Notes: a model not told the origin generated them from the letters alone. 64,000 nucleotides of DNA from Clostridia bacterium (GCA_017440085.1 JAFSHW010000012.1:16931-80930), one strand, 5' to 3'; positions 37,734 through 46,877 are shown, numbered from the stretch's first letter. Program-made: numbers and translations.

Positions 37734-39914
37734 TTACTCCTTACAAAACCAGAACATTTTTGAATACTGCTCTTCAGTATCGCTTTCAACGACTATACCT
37801 GCGCGAAGCTCTGCCCCCGTAATTTTTTTATCGGAAAGTCTATCTATATAAACTGAATTTTTATCCGCAGCAGAAACTTTGAGCTTGAACTTTGTGCGCT
37901 TAGGGTCACCCTCGTTCTGGAGATAAGTCAGCAAAATTTGGCTCTTATCTTCATTTACGAAATAGTACGCGTATCTTGAGCCATTTTCAACAGGATTGAG
38001 AAGTCTGTAAAAATCTCCCCTTAAAATAAGGTTCTCATAGCATCTGAACTCAGCAACCTGCTTTTTCATAGTATTCTTGATTGAATCTTCAAGCTGAAGA
38101 ACATCCAACTCATAACCGATAGGTCCGTTCATAGCAACTCGGAATCTGTAATCAAGAAATCTTGGATTGCGGCAATCCTCAACGTGAGCCACGTGGCAAC
38201 TCATTGTAGCTGTGGGATAACCGAAGGTTGAACCGTGCTGAATATAGGTTCTGTATTTGGGGTCAGTATTATCACTTGTCCAAATCTGAGTACTGTATTT
38301 CATCATACCCAGGTCATATCTTCCGCCGCCACCGCTACAGTTTTCAATCATAGCGTTAGGATATTGTTCACGAAGCCATCTGAAAAGCTCGTAAACGCCG
38401 AGAATATGACGGTACGAAGCCTCGCCCTGTCTTTCGGGAGGAAGCGCATTTGAATATACAGTAGTCAAATGACGGTTCATATCCCATTTAAAATAATCTA
38501 TGGAAACGTCCTTGAAAACCTTAGCAAAGGAATCCTTCAAATACTGAACGACTTCCGGGTTAGCCATATCAAGAACGTACTGAGATCTCCACAGCAAAGG
38601 CTTGTAACCAGGTGTTTGCAAAATCCAATCGGGGTGGGCTCTGTAAAGGTAACTGTCGGGGTTGACCATTTCAGGCTCTATCCATATACCGAATTTCACA
38701 CCTTGAGCCTTAACCTCTTCAACGAAAGGTTTAAGACCTTCGGGAAATCTATCTTTGTTTTCGTACCAGTCCCCAAGTCCTGCGTTATCGGTGATTCTAG
38801 CTCCGAACCAGCCGTCATCCATAACCAGCATATCCATATCGTACTTAGCCGCTTCTTTTGCGAAAGCAACCATAAGTTTTGCATCAATATCAAAATAGAA
38901 TGCTTCCCAAGAATTCAGGACGATAGGCCTGTTTGCATACGGCTCTTTGGGCAAAATATGTTTTCTGATAAATCTGTGCATATTTCGGGAAACCTGCCCC
39001 ATACCTTTATCGCTGTAAGAAACGATTGCTTCCGGTGAAGCAAATTTCTCTCCCGGTTTAAGAAGCCATTTAAAGCATTCCTGACCAAGACCAACGAGAA
39101 CCCTGGTTCTTTCAACGCCCCCGTAATAGTATGAAACCTCAACCTCGTCAAGGAAGCTTCCGCTGTAACAGAAATTGAAGCCGTAGGCTTCGCCCTTTTC
39201 TTCCGTGGTTTTCTTATCAACCAGCATCATAAAGGGATTCAACTGATGACTTGAAGCACCTCTGCGGCTGTAAAGGCTTTGCATACCGCGGATAGTCGCC
39301 TGTCGTTGAAATTTTCTTTCACGGCAGTGCGCTCCGTAAAAGCTTACCATATCAAAATCGGCTTTGGGAATATCAAGAGATAAGCTCATACACTTTTCGA
39401 TGCTCATTTCAGAATCGCTATTATTTTCAAGGACAAAATAGCGTGAAATTACATCACTTTCAGGAAAAACGGTATAGTAGAGTTTTAATTCGCAATTTGA
39501 AAACTCATCAACCAAAGCAAGCTCAAGAGTTTCAGTATTCTCGTCAGCATCAGCACAGGGAACACCGGGAATATCCACTCTACCCTTAATTTTCTTCGCA
39601 TTTTTATAAGTAAAAAGGGTCGTATCGCCACCCGTTTTACCATTTCTTAATTTCAGAGCTACTGCACGGTAATCACCACTTCCGAAAAATGGAAACTCCA
39701 TAGTTTCGGAGTCCGGAATAAACTCTTCACCGTATTCCTCGTAATAGGCTTCAAAGCCACGACTTACGCTGTGGTAATCAACCGGGGGATTTTTCATTTT
39801 TTTACCATAGTACAAATGCACGGGGAATTTGCCGTAACGAACCCCTATAACATACATAGTGTTATCGGTTTTCAAAGTGAAACGAAGATCTTTTTTATTG
39901 ATGATAACGGACAT
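37734..39914 (-). CDS. aga: Alpha-galactosidase (GH36)
   Basis: The start is trimmed to MSVIINKKDL (ATG at 39914, preceded by GAGGAG). The GH36 motifs VMDDGWFGAR and CSGGGGRYD are present. The 143-codon 5' extension of the track ORF overlaps the divergent promoter and the HAD gene. Confidence 0.9.
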   Translation of the reverse strand: MSVIINKKDLRFTLKTDNTMYVIGVRYGKFPVHLYYGKKMKNPPVDYHSVSRGFEAYYEEYGEEFIPDSETMEFPFFGSGDYRAVALKLRNGKTGGDTTLFTYKNAKKIKGRVDIPGVPCADADENTETLELALVDEFSNCELKLYYTVFPESDVISRYFVLENNSDSEMSIEKCMSLSLDIPKADFDMVSFYGAHCRERKFQRQATIRGMQSLYSRRGASSHQLNPFMMLVDKKTTEEKGEAYGFNFCYSGSFLDEVEVSYYYGGVERTRVLVGLGQECFKWLLKPGEKFASPEAIVSYSDKGMGQVSRNMHRFIRKHILPKEPYANRPIVLNSWEAFYFDIDAKLMVAFAKEAAKYDMDMLVMDDGWFGARITDNAGLGDWYENKDRFPEGLKPFVEEVKAQGVKFGIWIEPEMVNPDSYLYRAHPDWILQTPGYKPLLWRSQYVLDMANPEVVQYLKDSFAKVFKDVSIDYFKWDMNRHLTTVYSNALPPERQGEASYRHILGVYELFRWLREQYPNAMIENCSGGGGRYDLGMMKYSTQIWTSDNTDPKYRTYIQHGSTFGYPTATMSCHVAHVEDCRNPRFLDYRFRVAMNGPIGYELDVLQLEDSIKNTMKKQVAEFRCYENLILRGDFYRLLNPVENGSRYAYYFVNEDKSQILLTYLQNEGDPKRTKFKLKVSAADKNSVYIDRLSDKKITGAELRAGIVVESDTEEQYSKMFWFCKE

Positions 39915-39956
39915 TTTCAAAGCTCCTCTTCTTAATGATACGCTGTATTTTTCATC

Positions 39957-39985
39957 ATTATAGCATATAGGTTGAGCTTTGTCAA
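39957..39985 (-). promoter_or_regulatory. Consensus sigma-A promoter for alpha-galactosidase
   Basis: On the minus strand: TTGACA, a 17-nt spacer (ending TGc), then TATAAT, about 40 nt upstream of ATG 39914. Confidence 0.55.
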
Positions 39986-40024
39986 GGAAAAGTTTTGACC
40001 TATTGGCAAAATTTAAAAAAGCTC

Positions 40025-40053
40025 TTGCATTACAGAGAAAAATGTGGTACAAT
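40025..40053 (+). promoter_or_regulatory. Sigma-A-type promoter candidate for the HAD hydrolase gene
   Basis: TTGCAT, a 17-nt spacer (ending TGg), then TACAAT. It is divergent from the aga promoter. Confidence 0.5.
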
Positions 40054-40079
40054 AAAGAAAAACCCCACGGAGAATCACT

Positions 40080-40736
40080 ATGAACAGAAAAACCTATGAT
40101 ATTATCCTTTTCGACCTTGACGGAACCATAATCGACCCCGGAGTTGGCATTGTAAACTCTGTGTCTTACGCCCTGAACCACTTTGGAATTGAAGTCGACA
40201 ATAAAAATGACCTTTATAAATTCATAGGCCCGCCGCTTATTGATTCTTTTATGGATTTCTACGGATTTGACCGCGAAAAAGCAGTTGAAGCAGTTAATAA
40301 ATACAGAGAATTTTACAAAGTTACGGGCATTAACCAAAACCACCTTTACGATGGATTCGAAGACCTTCTAAAAACTCTCACGGAAAGAGGAAAACGAATT
40401 TTAGTTGCAACCTCGAAGCCTGAGGAGTTTGCAAAAAATATTTTGGAAAGCCACGGAATTGCAAAGTATTTTGAATTTATCGCAGGGGCTGAAATGGATG
40501 AATCCCGTTCTAAAAAGGACGAGGTAATTTCTTATGCTTTGGAAACGTGCAGAATAACAGATATTTCAAAAATCGTTATGGTTGGAGACAGAAAATTTGA
40601 CGTTATTGGTGCAAAACAATTCGGAATGGATAGCATCGGAGTACTTTTTGGTTACGGAGACAAAGAAGAATTGGAAGCGGCAGGCGCAAATTATATTTGC
40701 AAAACAGTGGCAGAATTGAAAGATTTATTGATTTAA
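40080..40736 (+). CDS. HAD-IA family hydrolase (phosphoglycolate phosphatase/5'-nucleotidase-like)
   Basis: Motif I is ILFDLDGTIIDP, motif II is ATSKP and motif IV is VGDRKFD; 218 aa. Confidence 0.85.
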   Translation: MNRKTYDIILFDLDGTIIDPGVGIVNSVSYALNHFGIEVDNKNDLYKFIGPPLIDSFMDFYGFDREKAVEAVNKYREFYKVTGINQNHLYDGFEDLLKTLTERGKRILVATSKPEEFAKNILESHGIAKYFEFIAGAEMDESRSKKDEVISYALETCRITDISKIVMVGDRKFDVIGAKQFGMDSIGVLFGYGDKEELEAAGANYICKTVAELKDLLI

Positions 40737-40758
40737 ATTAAAAAATATTTACAACCTC

Positions 40759-40787
40759 TTGAAATCCTCATTAAAATATGATACAAT
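40759..40787 (+). promoter_or_regulatory. Sigma-A-type promoter candidate for the NPP-like gene
   Basis: TTGAAA, a 17-nt spacer (ending TGa), then TACAAT, 40 nt upstream of ATG 40827. Confidence 0.5.
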
Positions 40788-40826
40788 AAAATTGAGCTAA
40801 ATCACATTGCAAAGGAGATATATAAA

Positions 40827-42380
40827 ATGGCAAATTCATTTGGAGCATACAAACGAGTATTTTTGTTGGGCGTTGACGGTATGGGCGCTTTCAATAAAGT
40901 AACAGATACCCCCAATATGGATAGAATTTTTGCAAACGGAGCGACTACCTACACGGCTTTGGCTTCCAAACCAACGATCAGCGCTCAGTGCTGGACTTCA
41001 ATTCTTACAGGTGCAACCCCCGAAGTTCATAAACTGACAAACGGTGATATGCACCCAATTGACGAGCTTCCAACTATTTTTAAATTCATCAAAGATAAAT
41101 ATCCCGAAGCTGAAACTGCAGCGTTTACAGGTTGGCCCGCTATCGCAAAACAAATCATCACTCCCGAAAGAGGACTTTCAGCTTTCGACGTTGGTCACGA
41201 CGGCCCCCTTTGCGACAGACTTCTTGAATACCTTGACGAACACGACCCAAAAATGCTTTTCGTTCAGTTTGATAGCGTTGACGGTACGGGCCACGACGTA
41301 GGTTACGGTGCTGAAAAGTATTTGGAAGCTATCAGAAACGTTGACAATATGTTCGGCAAAATCATTGAAAAATACGAAAAATACGGCAGACTTGATGACA
41401 CTCTCGTTCTCGTAACTGCAGACCACGGTGGAACTCCAGGTCACGACGGACACGGTGGCGGACACGGTGGATGGACAGATGCCGAAAAATTGGTATTCTT
41501 GGGAATTGCAGGTAAAACAGTTAAAAACGGTCAAATCGGAGAAGTTTGCATCAGAGATATTCCCGAAATCGTTCTTTACGCTTTGGGTGTTGACGCCCCT
41601 GAATTTAACCCCAAAGGCTACGCCAGCCAAATGCCTGTCGGCGTTTTTGAAGAAGTTGGTGTAGTTGAAAGAAAGCAGATGTATCCCGCTCAAAGAATTT
41701 ACGATAATGAAGGAAGACCTCAACCCGAAAAAGATTCTTCGGAATACATCGGAAACTTTATTGATGAAAACAAGATTATTTTTTGGCAGGATTTCGAAAA
41801 TGGAATCGAGGACGCAACAGGAAAATGTAAAGTCACCCTTGAAAGAGGTACAGTTAAGACTTATAATAACGGCTTCGTAGGAAAAAGCGGCGAACTTGGA
41901 AACAGCGTTGTAAGAATTGAGGGGCTTAAAGCTTCAGAAGTTTTCTCCTTCGCGTTTTGGTATTTCCCCACAACCGATATGAGATGGCTTGATATTTTCT
42001 CCAACAAAGACGGAGACCTTAACAAATTCACAATCGCACCTTTCGATGAATTAGTCGGCATCTTCATTAAAAAGCCTGACGGTGACCACATCAAAACTAT
42101 GATGATAAACGCTTCTGAAACTGCACAGCAAAATACTTGGACTCACTACATTTTTGAAGTTGACACAGTTAAAAACGAAGTGAGAGGTTATGTAAACTTC
42201 CAGTACGAAAATACACTCAAGTTGGATTTCGATATTGCACCTTATTTCAGCCTTGAACCAATGCGTCAGGGGCTCAACCAAAGCGATAACGAAGTTTTCT
42301 ATAAGGTTTTTGACGACATTATGATCATTGACGGCCCCGCAGAACCTGAAAAATTAGAAAAATATTATACGAATAAATAA
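40827..42380 (+). CDS. Alkaline-phosphatase-superfamily phosphodiesterase (NPP-like) fused to a C-terminal beta-sandwich (LamG-like) region
   Basis: The metal/nucleophile motifs are GVDGMG, KPTISAQCWTSILTG and TADHGG(TPGHDGHGGGHG). The C-terminal 180 aa or so are beta-rich. No signal peptide is visible. Confidence 0.75.
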   Translation: MANSFGAYKRVFLLGVDGMGAFNKVTDTPNMDRIFANGATTYTALASKPTISAQCWTSILTGATPEVHKLTNGDMHPIDELPTIFKFIKDKYPEAETAAFTGWPAIAKQIITPERGLSAFDVGHDGPLCDRLLEYLDEHDPKMLFVQFDSVDGTGHDVGYGAEKYLEAIRNVDNMFGKIIEKYEKYGRLDDTLVLVTADHGGTPGHDGHGGGHGGWTDAEKLVFLGIAGKTVKNGQIGEVCIRDIPEIVLYALGVDAPEFNPKGYASQMPVGVFEEVGVVERKQMYPAQRIYDNEGRPQPEKDSSEYIGNFIDENKIIFWQDFENGIEDATGKCKVTLERGTVKTYNNGFVGKSGELGNSVVRIEGLKASEVFSFAFWYFPTTDMRWLDIFSNKDGDLNKFTIAPFDELVGIFIKKPDGDHIKTMMINASETAQQNTWTHYIFEVDTVKNEVRGYVNFQYENTLKLDFDIAPYFSLEPMRQGLNQSDNEVFYKVFDDIMIIDGPAEPEKLEKYYTNK

Positions 42381-42387
42381 AAAATCT

Positions 42388-42425
42388 TACTGGGAGAATC
42401 TTTAAGTTTCTCCCAGTATTTTTCT
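42388..42425. terminator. Bidirectional terminator between the convergent NPP-like and anti-sigma genes
   Basis: An 11-bp stem pairs TACTGGGAGAA with TTCTCCCAGTA, flanked by AAAAAA upstream and TTTTT downstream. Confidence 0.6.
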
Positions 42426-43289
42426 TTATTGATTAACTATTGCAGAAATAAAATGATAGAAATCACGCTGGTAAATATTTTCTGCGCTTACTCTGAAATT
42501 CACTCCGTTAACCTGAAAATCTGCTACAATAAAATCCCTTAAAAGGGGCTCGGATTCAATATTAATCTCCGAGGTTCCATAGAAAAGCACACCAACGTTC
42601 CCATATTCAGTCCCAATATATGTGGTTATTTTTTCGGAAGATGTGGTATAAAGACAATCATAAGGTAAGCCCAATTTACTTGCAGAAACGGAAATTTTTT
42701 CACCTTGGAGCTCACATTCAAAACTCATTATGTCTCGAACCAAAGTTCCGTCATTAGTAAAATAAACAGTGTGGCTATCAGATTCCAAAACGTCACATTT
42801 CGCTTTTAAATGCACTGAATCAACGGTAATAGTGTTTAAATCAATGCCTAAATAAGCAACCGCATCTTCATCACTCCACGTTTCAGTATAATGAAGTGCC
42901 GGGTCAAGGTATTTAGGCGCAGCACTTAATGTATCTTCAATTTTATTTACAAAGCATAAAAATTTAACCGCATCGTTATTTTTCACATCATCGGGAATTC
43001 CAATATTTAAATCGAGGTCGCCGTCATTTACCGTTTCACCGTCCAATCCAGTATTTTCAACAGTTGAAGGATTTTCGGGAAAGGGCAGTAAATCACCAAT
43101 TTTCCCTTCGTGAATTAAACCGAAGCTTATGCAGGCAATTAAACAAACGCCGCATACAGATACGGAAATTTTGGCAAATTTATTTATTTTGTTTTTTCTA
43201 TCTGTATTATAATTTTCTCTTCGTTCCAACAGTTCATTGGTTATTTCGCTACAACTCTTCATGTATAAAGTCCTCCTTGTTAAGTTCAT
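42426..43289 (-). CDS. Putative anti-sigma factor (single-pass membrane protein)
   Basis: It lies immediately downstream of the ECF sigma gene and overlaps it. It has a short cytoplasmic N-terminus, a TM helix (ISVSVCGVCLIACISFGLI) and an extracytoplasmic domain of about 220 aa. An alternative ATG at 43262 overlaps the sigma stop by 14 nt. Confidence 0.6.
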   Translation of the reverse strand: MNLTRRTLYMKSCSEITNELLERRENYNTDRKNKINKFAKISVSVCGVCLIACISFGLIHEGKIGDLLPFPENPSTVENTGLDGETVNDGDLDLNIGIPDDVKNNDAVKFLCFVNKIEDTLSAAPKYLDPALHYTETWSDEDAVAYLGIDLNTITVDSVHLKAKCDVLESDSHTVYFTNDGTLVRDIMSFECELQGEKISVSASKLGLPYDCLYTTSSEKITTYIGTEYGNVGVLFYGTSEINIESEPLLRDFIVADFQVNGVNFRVSAENIYQRDFYHFISAIVNQ

Positions 43290-43812
43290 TTTTCAAAGCG
43301 TTTTTCGCTCTGTACAAAAGATTTTTTACCTGACGCTTATTCTTCCTCATAACAGTTGAAATTTCAGAATTGGAAAAGTCTTCAAAATAAGCTAACCACA
43401 AAATTTGACGGTAATCGGGGTTTAAATTTTTCAAAACTTCATATATTACCCGATTGCGTTCGCCCGTTATATAGGAATTTTCAACATCCTGCTCATCGCT
43501 GAGATATGTTTGAACATCATCCATTGATAAATCTAACCGCTTTGAATTGCGACGGAGATAGTCAATAGCAATATTCCTACCTACTGCGTAAAGCCAAGTT
43601 TTAAAAGAACTTTCCTCCTTAAATTTCGGTTTTTTAATAATCAACTTTAAAAAGGTTTCTTCCATTAAATCCTCTGCGGCATAAATATTACCGACAAAGC
43701 CGTTAAGATAAAGAATCAACCCGTCCTTATAATCTCTTACTATTTCAGTTAATCCGTTGTCGTCACCCTCTAAGAAACGGCGGTAGCTACTTGCACCGTT
43801 ATCCATTGACAT
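43249..43812 (-). CDS. ECF (group IV) RNA polymerase sigma-70 family factor
   Basis: It is 187 aa with a region 2 (FKTWLYAVGRNIAIDYLRR) and a region 4 HTH (FSNSEISTVMRKNKRQVKNLLYRAKNALK). Confidence 0.85.
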   Translation of the reverse strand: MSMDNGASSYRRFLEGDDNGLTEIVRDYKDGLILYLNGFVGNIYAAEDLMEETFLKLIIKKPKFKEESSFKTWLYAVGRNIAIDYLRRNSKRLDLSMDDVQTYLSDEQDVENSYITGERNRVIYEVLKNLNPDYRQILWLAYFEDFSNSEISTVMRKNKRQVKNLLYRAKNALKNELNKEDFIHEEL

Positions 43813-43851
43813 TCCCCCTTTCCGAAAGGATTTTTACTTCCTTTCACCTAT

Positions 43852-43879
43852 TAGACGATAAAAACCACAAAAAGTCTCA
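43852..43879 (-). promoter_or_regulatory. ECF-sigma-type (probably autoregulatory) promoter candidate (TGAGAC-N16-CGTCTA)
   Basis: On the minus strand the -35 TGAGAC is at 43879-43874, the spacer is 16 nt, and the -10 CGTCTA is at 43857-43852. The site is 40 nt upstream of the sigma gene ATG (43812). Confidence 0.55.
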
Positions 43880-43895
43880 CTTCTCCAAAAAAGTT

Positions 43896-43925
43896 AAGAA
43901 CCATCGGAAATTTTCGATGGTTCTT
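43896..43925 (-). terminator. Terminator hairpin after the GH55-like gene (copy A of a 30-nt repeat)
   Basis: The sequence is AAGAACCATCGGAAATTTTCGATGGTTCTT. On the minus strand it is followed by AACTTTTTT. It lies 10 nt after the stop codon. Confidence 0.6.
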
Positions 43926-43935
43926 TTGTGTTGTT

Positions 43936-46803
43936 TTATTTTCCGTAATTTTCGAGATTCGAGCCTGAAAGTTTAATGTCGTCCAAATTATCAAATTCCA
44001 TTCCTTTTTCGAAATAATTTGCTGACAAATGCAACGATTCAGCCTTTTCACCTTTTTCAAAGTCCCGGTTATTTTGGCAAATCCACGTTCCAACTATTGA
44101 AACGTTACCGTTAAGTTTCAGCATTGTACTACCGGAATCTACAATTATGCCGCCGTATACGTTAAATGAACCTGTTCCGTTTAAATCAAAACTAACATTG
44201 GGAGAAACCCACATTATTGGGTTTACCATATTAAGAGTTCCTGTAAAATCTTCCGCAGTATAAACGTATCTGCCCCAATATTCTTTATTATTTTTTTCCA
44301 AGAAGTCCTCGAAATCAAATGCGGTAAATCTTGGGTTGACCATAGTAACTGTACAGTTTCCTGAAAGCGAAGCATCGATATTTCCGGCATCATGTCCGAG
44401 TGAATACGCATACACGTTTTCAGCCCCGTCCAAAACTTTAAGACTGGTAAGGTTTCCGAAAGTAATTGAATTCGAAATTATCTGATTTTTACTTTCACCT
44501 ATAATTATAAATTCACCGTTTGCAGCCTGCGCCGAATAAGCGTGCTCCACGTTAAATCCGGGGATATCGTAATTCACACCCCAGTTTGAAGGATTTGCGT
44601 GGTAATCTCTGATTATACCGTTTTCACTTCCGGCACCAACCTGGATACCTATATTTACAGCCAAGGTATGAATGTAATCAACGAAATGATTATCGCAGCG
44701 GTAAGTTGCAAAGTCTATACCGTTATAAGAGGTAGTCATATTAAGGTCAACCAAATAAATACCAGCGCCGTTACCTTGAATAGCAAAGGAATATGGAACG
44801 AGATCTGTAATATTTTGCTCGTTATACGTTATTGACAAGCCTCTCATACCGGCACCGTCATAAAGTGTAAACAGAGATTCTCCGTCAGGGTCGTTTTTAC
44901 CAAAGGATGTATTCAAATCCGTAGCAGGAGGTTTGAGCGAGAAATATGATTTTTCAGCCCACATAATTGCACCGCGAACTTCAATTCCAGCCCAAACGTC
45001 TATATGTTCGTTTACGTAATATTTTCCTGCAGGAATATAAACTGTGCCGCCCGTTTCTTTGAGAGAATCTATTGCAGATTGCAATTTTTCGGAAATATCC
45101 TCACCATTTTCAGCGTTATAAGGAGCTTGGGAAAGGTTTACAAATTCTTTGGAAGCAGGCTTAGTTTCAATATCAAAGCTTAGGTCTGTTTCGGGGATTG
45201 CAACAGTATTTTCATCGTAAATCACTTGGTATTTTCTGTTATCTGAACCTTCAAAGGAAGAATTTACCAACAAAGAATACGTATTTGCCAAATCAACAAA
45301 AGCCGTACCCTGAGACTTAACGGTACAATCAACCATAGAAAGTTTAACCTTACCGCAGTTTACAATAGCATTGGCACCGACGCTTTCAAAATTGCAATAC
45401 TGAACAGAAAAACCGTGGTCGCAATCAGGACCGATATATACTGCTGCCGCACCGTCGTTTCCAACTGCTCTGAAATTACAATCGGTCAGAGTAAAGTCGT
45501 AAGCGGAATCCATATAAAAGCAATAGTAGCAATCTACTATATTCATATCGCTGAGAAATGCGTGAGGAATACCTTTTTCCGAAGAGCTGACAAAAACTCC
45601 TATATGATAGCCGTCAATATTGATATTTCTGTAGAAAGTCCAGTCAACTCTACGCAACACCATACCCGTTGAATTGCGAAGCATCCAAGTTCTGAGAAGT
45701 TCCGCATTGGGAGTTCCCGGAAGTCCGCTTTCAATCCAAAAATCAGGGGATAAATTAAAAGTGTCAAATCTAGGAGTATCGTAGCAACCGTCTATTTTAA
45801 AGCCCATATAAAGGCAGGTTCCGGAAATATCTCTGTAATTTTGAAGAGAAGCTGTTGTGTTTGAAATTCCGATATATGAATTAATAAACGTTACGTTTTT
45901 AAGAGTAACACCCTGGTCTTGGCCTGCATAAAGGTCAGCGTTTTGGCATATGGTAGGTGGATAAGGAATAAAATCACCGTTTACGAGAGTCTGCTCAGGG
46001 TACCAAAAGGCAACATTCATAACTGCGGAATGAGAAGAAACTCTAATCGCAGATTTTTCATCTTCAATTTCACCTTTACCGCCGTAAATACACAATACTG
46101 TACCGTTAGCAGTTCCCTTTTCAAGTTCGCCCACGATACCTACGTTTTGCGGTATAATAAGTGTTTCTGTAAGGCAATAAAAACCTGCAGGAACAAAAAC
46201 TGTTCCACCACCCTTTGCCTCCGCAGCAGCAAGTGCTGATTTGAAAGCTTCTGTATCATCAGTAAGGCCGTCACCTTTGGCTCCGTGAAGAATTACGTTT
46301 TCTTCAGCAACTATGTGGTAAGGCATATCATAATCGGAATCAATAAGTCCGATTTGTTCGTTTAAATCTTTTGATTCAATCTGAGAACCGTACTCTGAAA
46401 GCATTTTTTCCTCAGAATATTTAATTTCATAATCAGATAAGGAAATATAATTCCAATCGCAAGAAAGAAGATTTTCAACGTCCACAACTTCTGCAGAAAC
46501 TTCAGGATGACCCGTTTGGTCAGGCAAGGAAGTGATTTTTTCTATATTGCCGTAATCTTTTTTAACTGGAACGGCAGTTTCGGAAGATTCTGCACCAATT
46601 ATAAAATCTTCGGGAATATCAAACTTTTCATAATCGGAAGCTCTTGCAGCTTCATTCGTCAAATTCGCTATCCATTCAAGATCTTCGTGATAGATATTGA
46701 CGTCGTTTCCACCTAAGAAAGACATCATTTCAATGGGAGATTTCGCACATGCAGTACTTAAAAGAACCGCTGTCAAAAGAAAAATCGCTATTATTTTTTT
46801 CAT
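43936..46803 (-). CDS. Secreted/lipid-anchored protein with two pectate-lyase-superfamily beta-helix modules (GH55-like architecture)
   Basis: The start is trimmed to MKKIIAIFLLTAVLLSTAC (ATG at 46803). The motif typical of the right-handed beta-helix glycosidase N-cap occurs twice (GAKGDGLTDDTEAFKSALAAAEAKGGGTVFVPAGFY and NGEDISEKLQSAIDSLKETGGTVYIPAGKYY). Confidence 0.8.
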   Translation of the reverse strand: MKKIIAIFLLTAVLLSTACAKSPIEMMSFLGGNDVNIYHEDLEWIANLTNEAARASDYEKFDIPEDFIIGAESSETAVPVKKDYGNIEKITSLPDQTGHPEVSAEVVDVENLLSCDWNYISLSDYEIKYSEEKMLSEYGSQIESKDLNEQIGLIDSDYDMPYHIVAEENVILHGAKGDGLTDDTEAFKSALAAAEAKGGGTVFVPAGFYCLTETLIIPQNVGIVGELEKGTANGTVLCIYGGKGEIEDEKSAIRVSSHSAVMNVAFWYPEQTLVNGDFIPYPPTICQNADLYAGQDQGVTLKNVTFINSYIGISNTTASLQNYRDISGTCLYMGFKIDGCYDTPRFDTFNLSPDFWIESGLPGTPNAELLRTWMLRNSTGMVLRRVDWTFYRNINIDGYHIGVFVSSSEKGIPHAFLSDMNIVDCYYCFYMDSAYDFTLTDCNFRAVGNDGAAAVYIGPDCDHGFSVQYCNFESVGANAIVNCGKVKLSMVDCTVKSQGTAFVDLANTYSLLVNSSFEGSDNRKYQVIYDENTVAIPETDLSFDIETKPASKEFVNLSQAPYNAENGEDISEKLQSAIDSLKETGGTVYIPAGKYYVNEHIDVWAGIEVRGAIMWAEKSYFSLKPPATDLNTSFGKNDPDGESLFTLYDGAGMRGLSITYNEQNITDLVPYSFAIQGNGAGIYLVDLNMTTSYNGIDFATYRCDNHFVDYIHTLAVNIGIQVGAGSENGIIRDYHANPSNWGVNYDIPGFNVEHAYSAQAANGEFIIIGESKNQIISNSITFGNLTSLKVLDGAENVYAYSLGHDAGNIDASLSGNCTVTMVNPRFTAFDFEDFLEKNNKEYWGRYVYTAEDFTGTLNMVNPIMWVSPNVSFDLNGTGSFNVYGGIIVDSGSTMLKLNGNVSIVGTWICQNNRDFEKGEKAESLHLSANYFEKGMEFDNLDDIKLSGSNLENYGK

Positions 46804-46848
46804 ACAGGCACTTCCTTTATAAAACTTTGTATTATAGCCTATAATTAT

Positions 46849-46877
46849 ATTATACCATATGTGAAATGTGTTGTCAA
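46849..46877 (-). promoter_or_regulatory. Consensus sigma-A promoter for the GH55-like gene
   Basis: On the minus strand: TTGACA, a 17-nt spacer (ending TGg), then TATAAT, about 45 nt upstream of ATG 46803. Confidence 0.55.

Noticed and set aside
39934-39960. An AATGAT...ATCATT inverted repeat sits at the aga transcription start region. I considered it as a candidate LacI/GalR operator or cre site.
   Set aside because: The arms are only 6 bp, AT-only and separated by 14 nt. The repeat does not match the cre consensus (TGWAANCGNTNWCA) or a typical LacI-family palindrome.
39915-40343. The alpha-galactosidase ORF carries a 143-codon N-terminal extension (track ORF 37734-40343). Similar 5' extensions occur on hpt (728-877), asnA (37509-37556), the GH55-like gene (46804-46881) and the transketolase C-subunit (53068-53097).
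   Set aside because: The extensions run through promoter or intergenic sequence or overlap the neighbouring gene, and their sequence does not look like protein. In each case an internal ATG with a good Shine-Dalgarno gives the canonical family N-terminus.
44968-45002. GCGAAC-N17-CGTCTA occurs on the plus strand inside the GH55-like gene. Other isolated CGTCTA hexamers occur near 11454, 15511, 16832, 20656 (minus strand), 30170, 36435 and 51573.
   Set aside because: Almost all are intragenic, mostly antisense to the gene they lie in. The exceptions are 20656 and 30170, which are intergenic but have no AAC/GAC -35 hexamer at N16. The hit inside the GH55-like gene has the wrong spacer length and no downstream gene to drive. 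I treat them as chance occurrences of a 6-mer.
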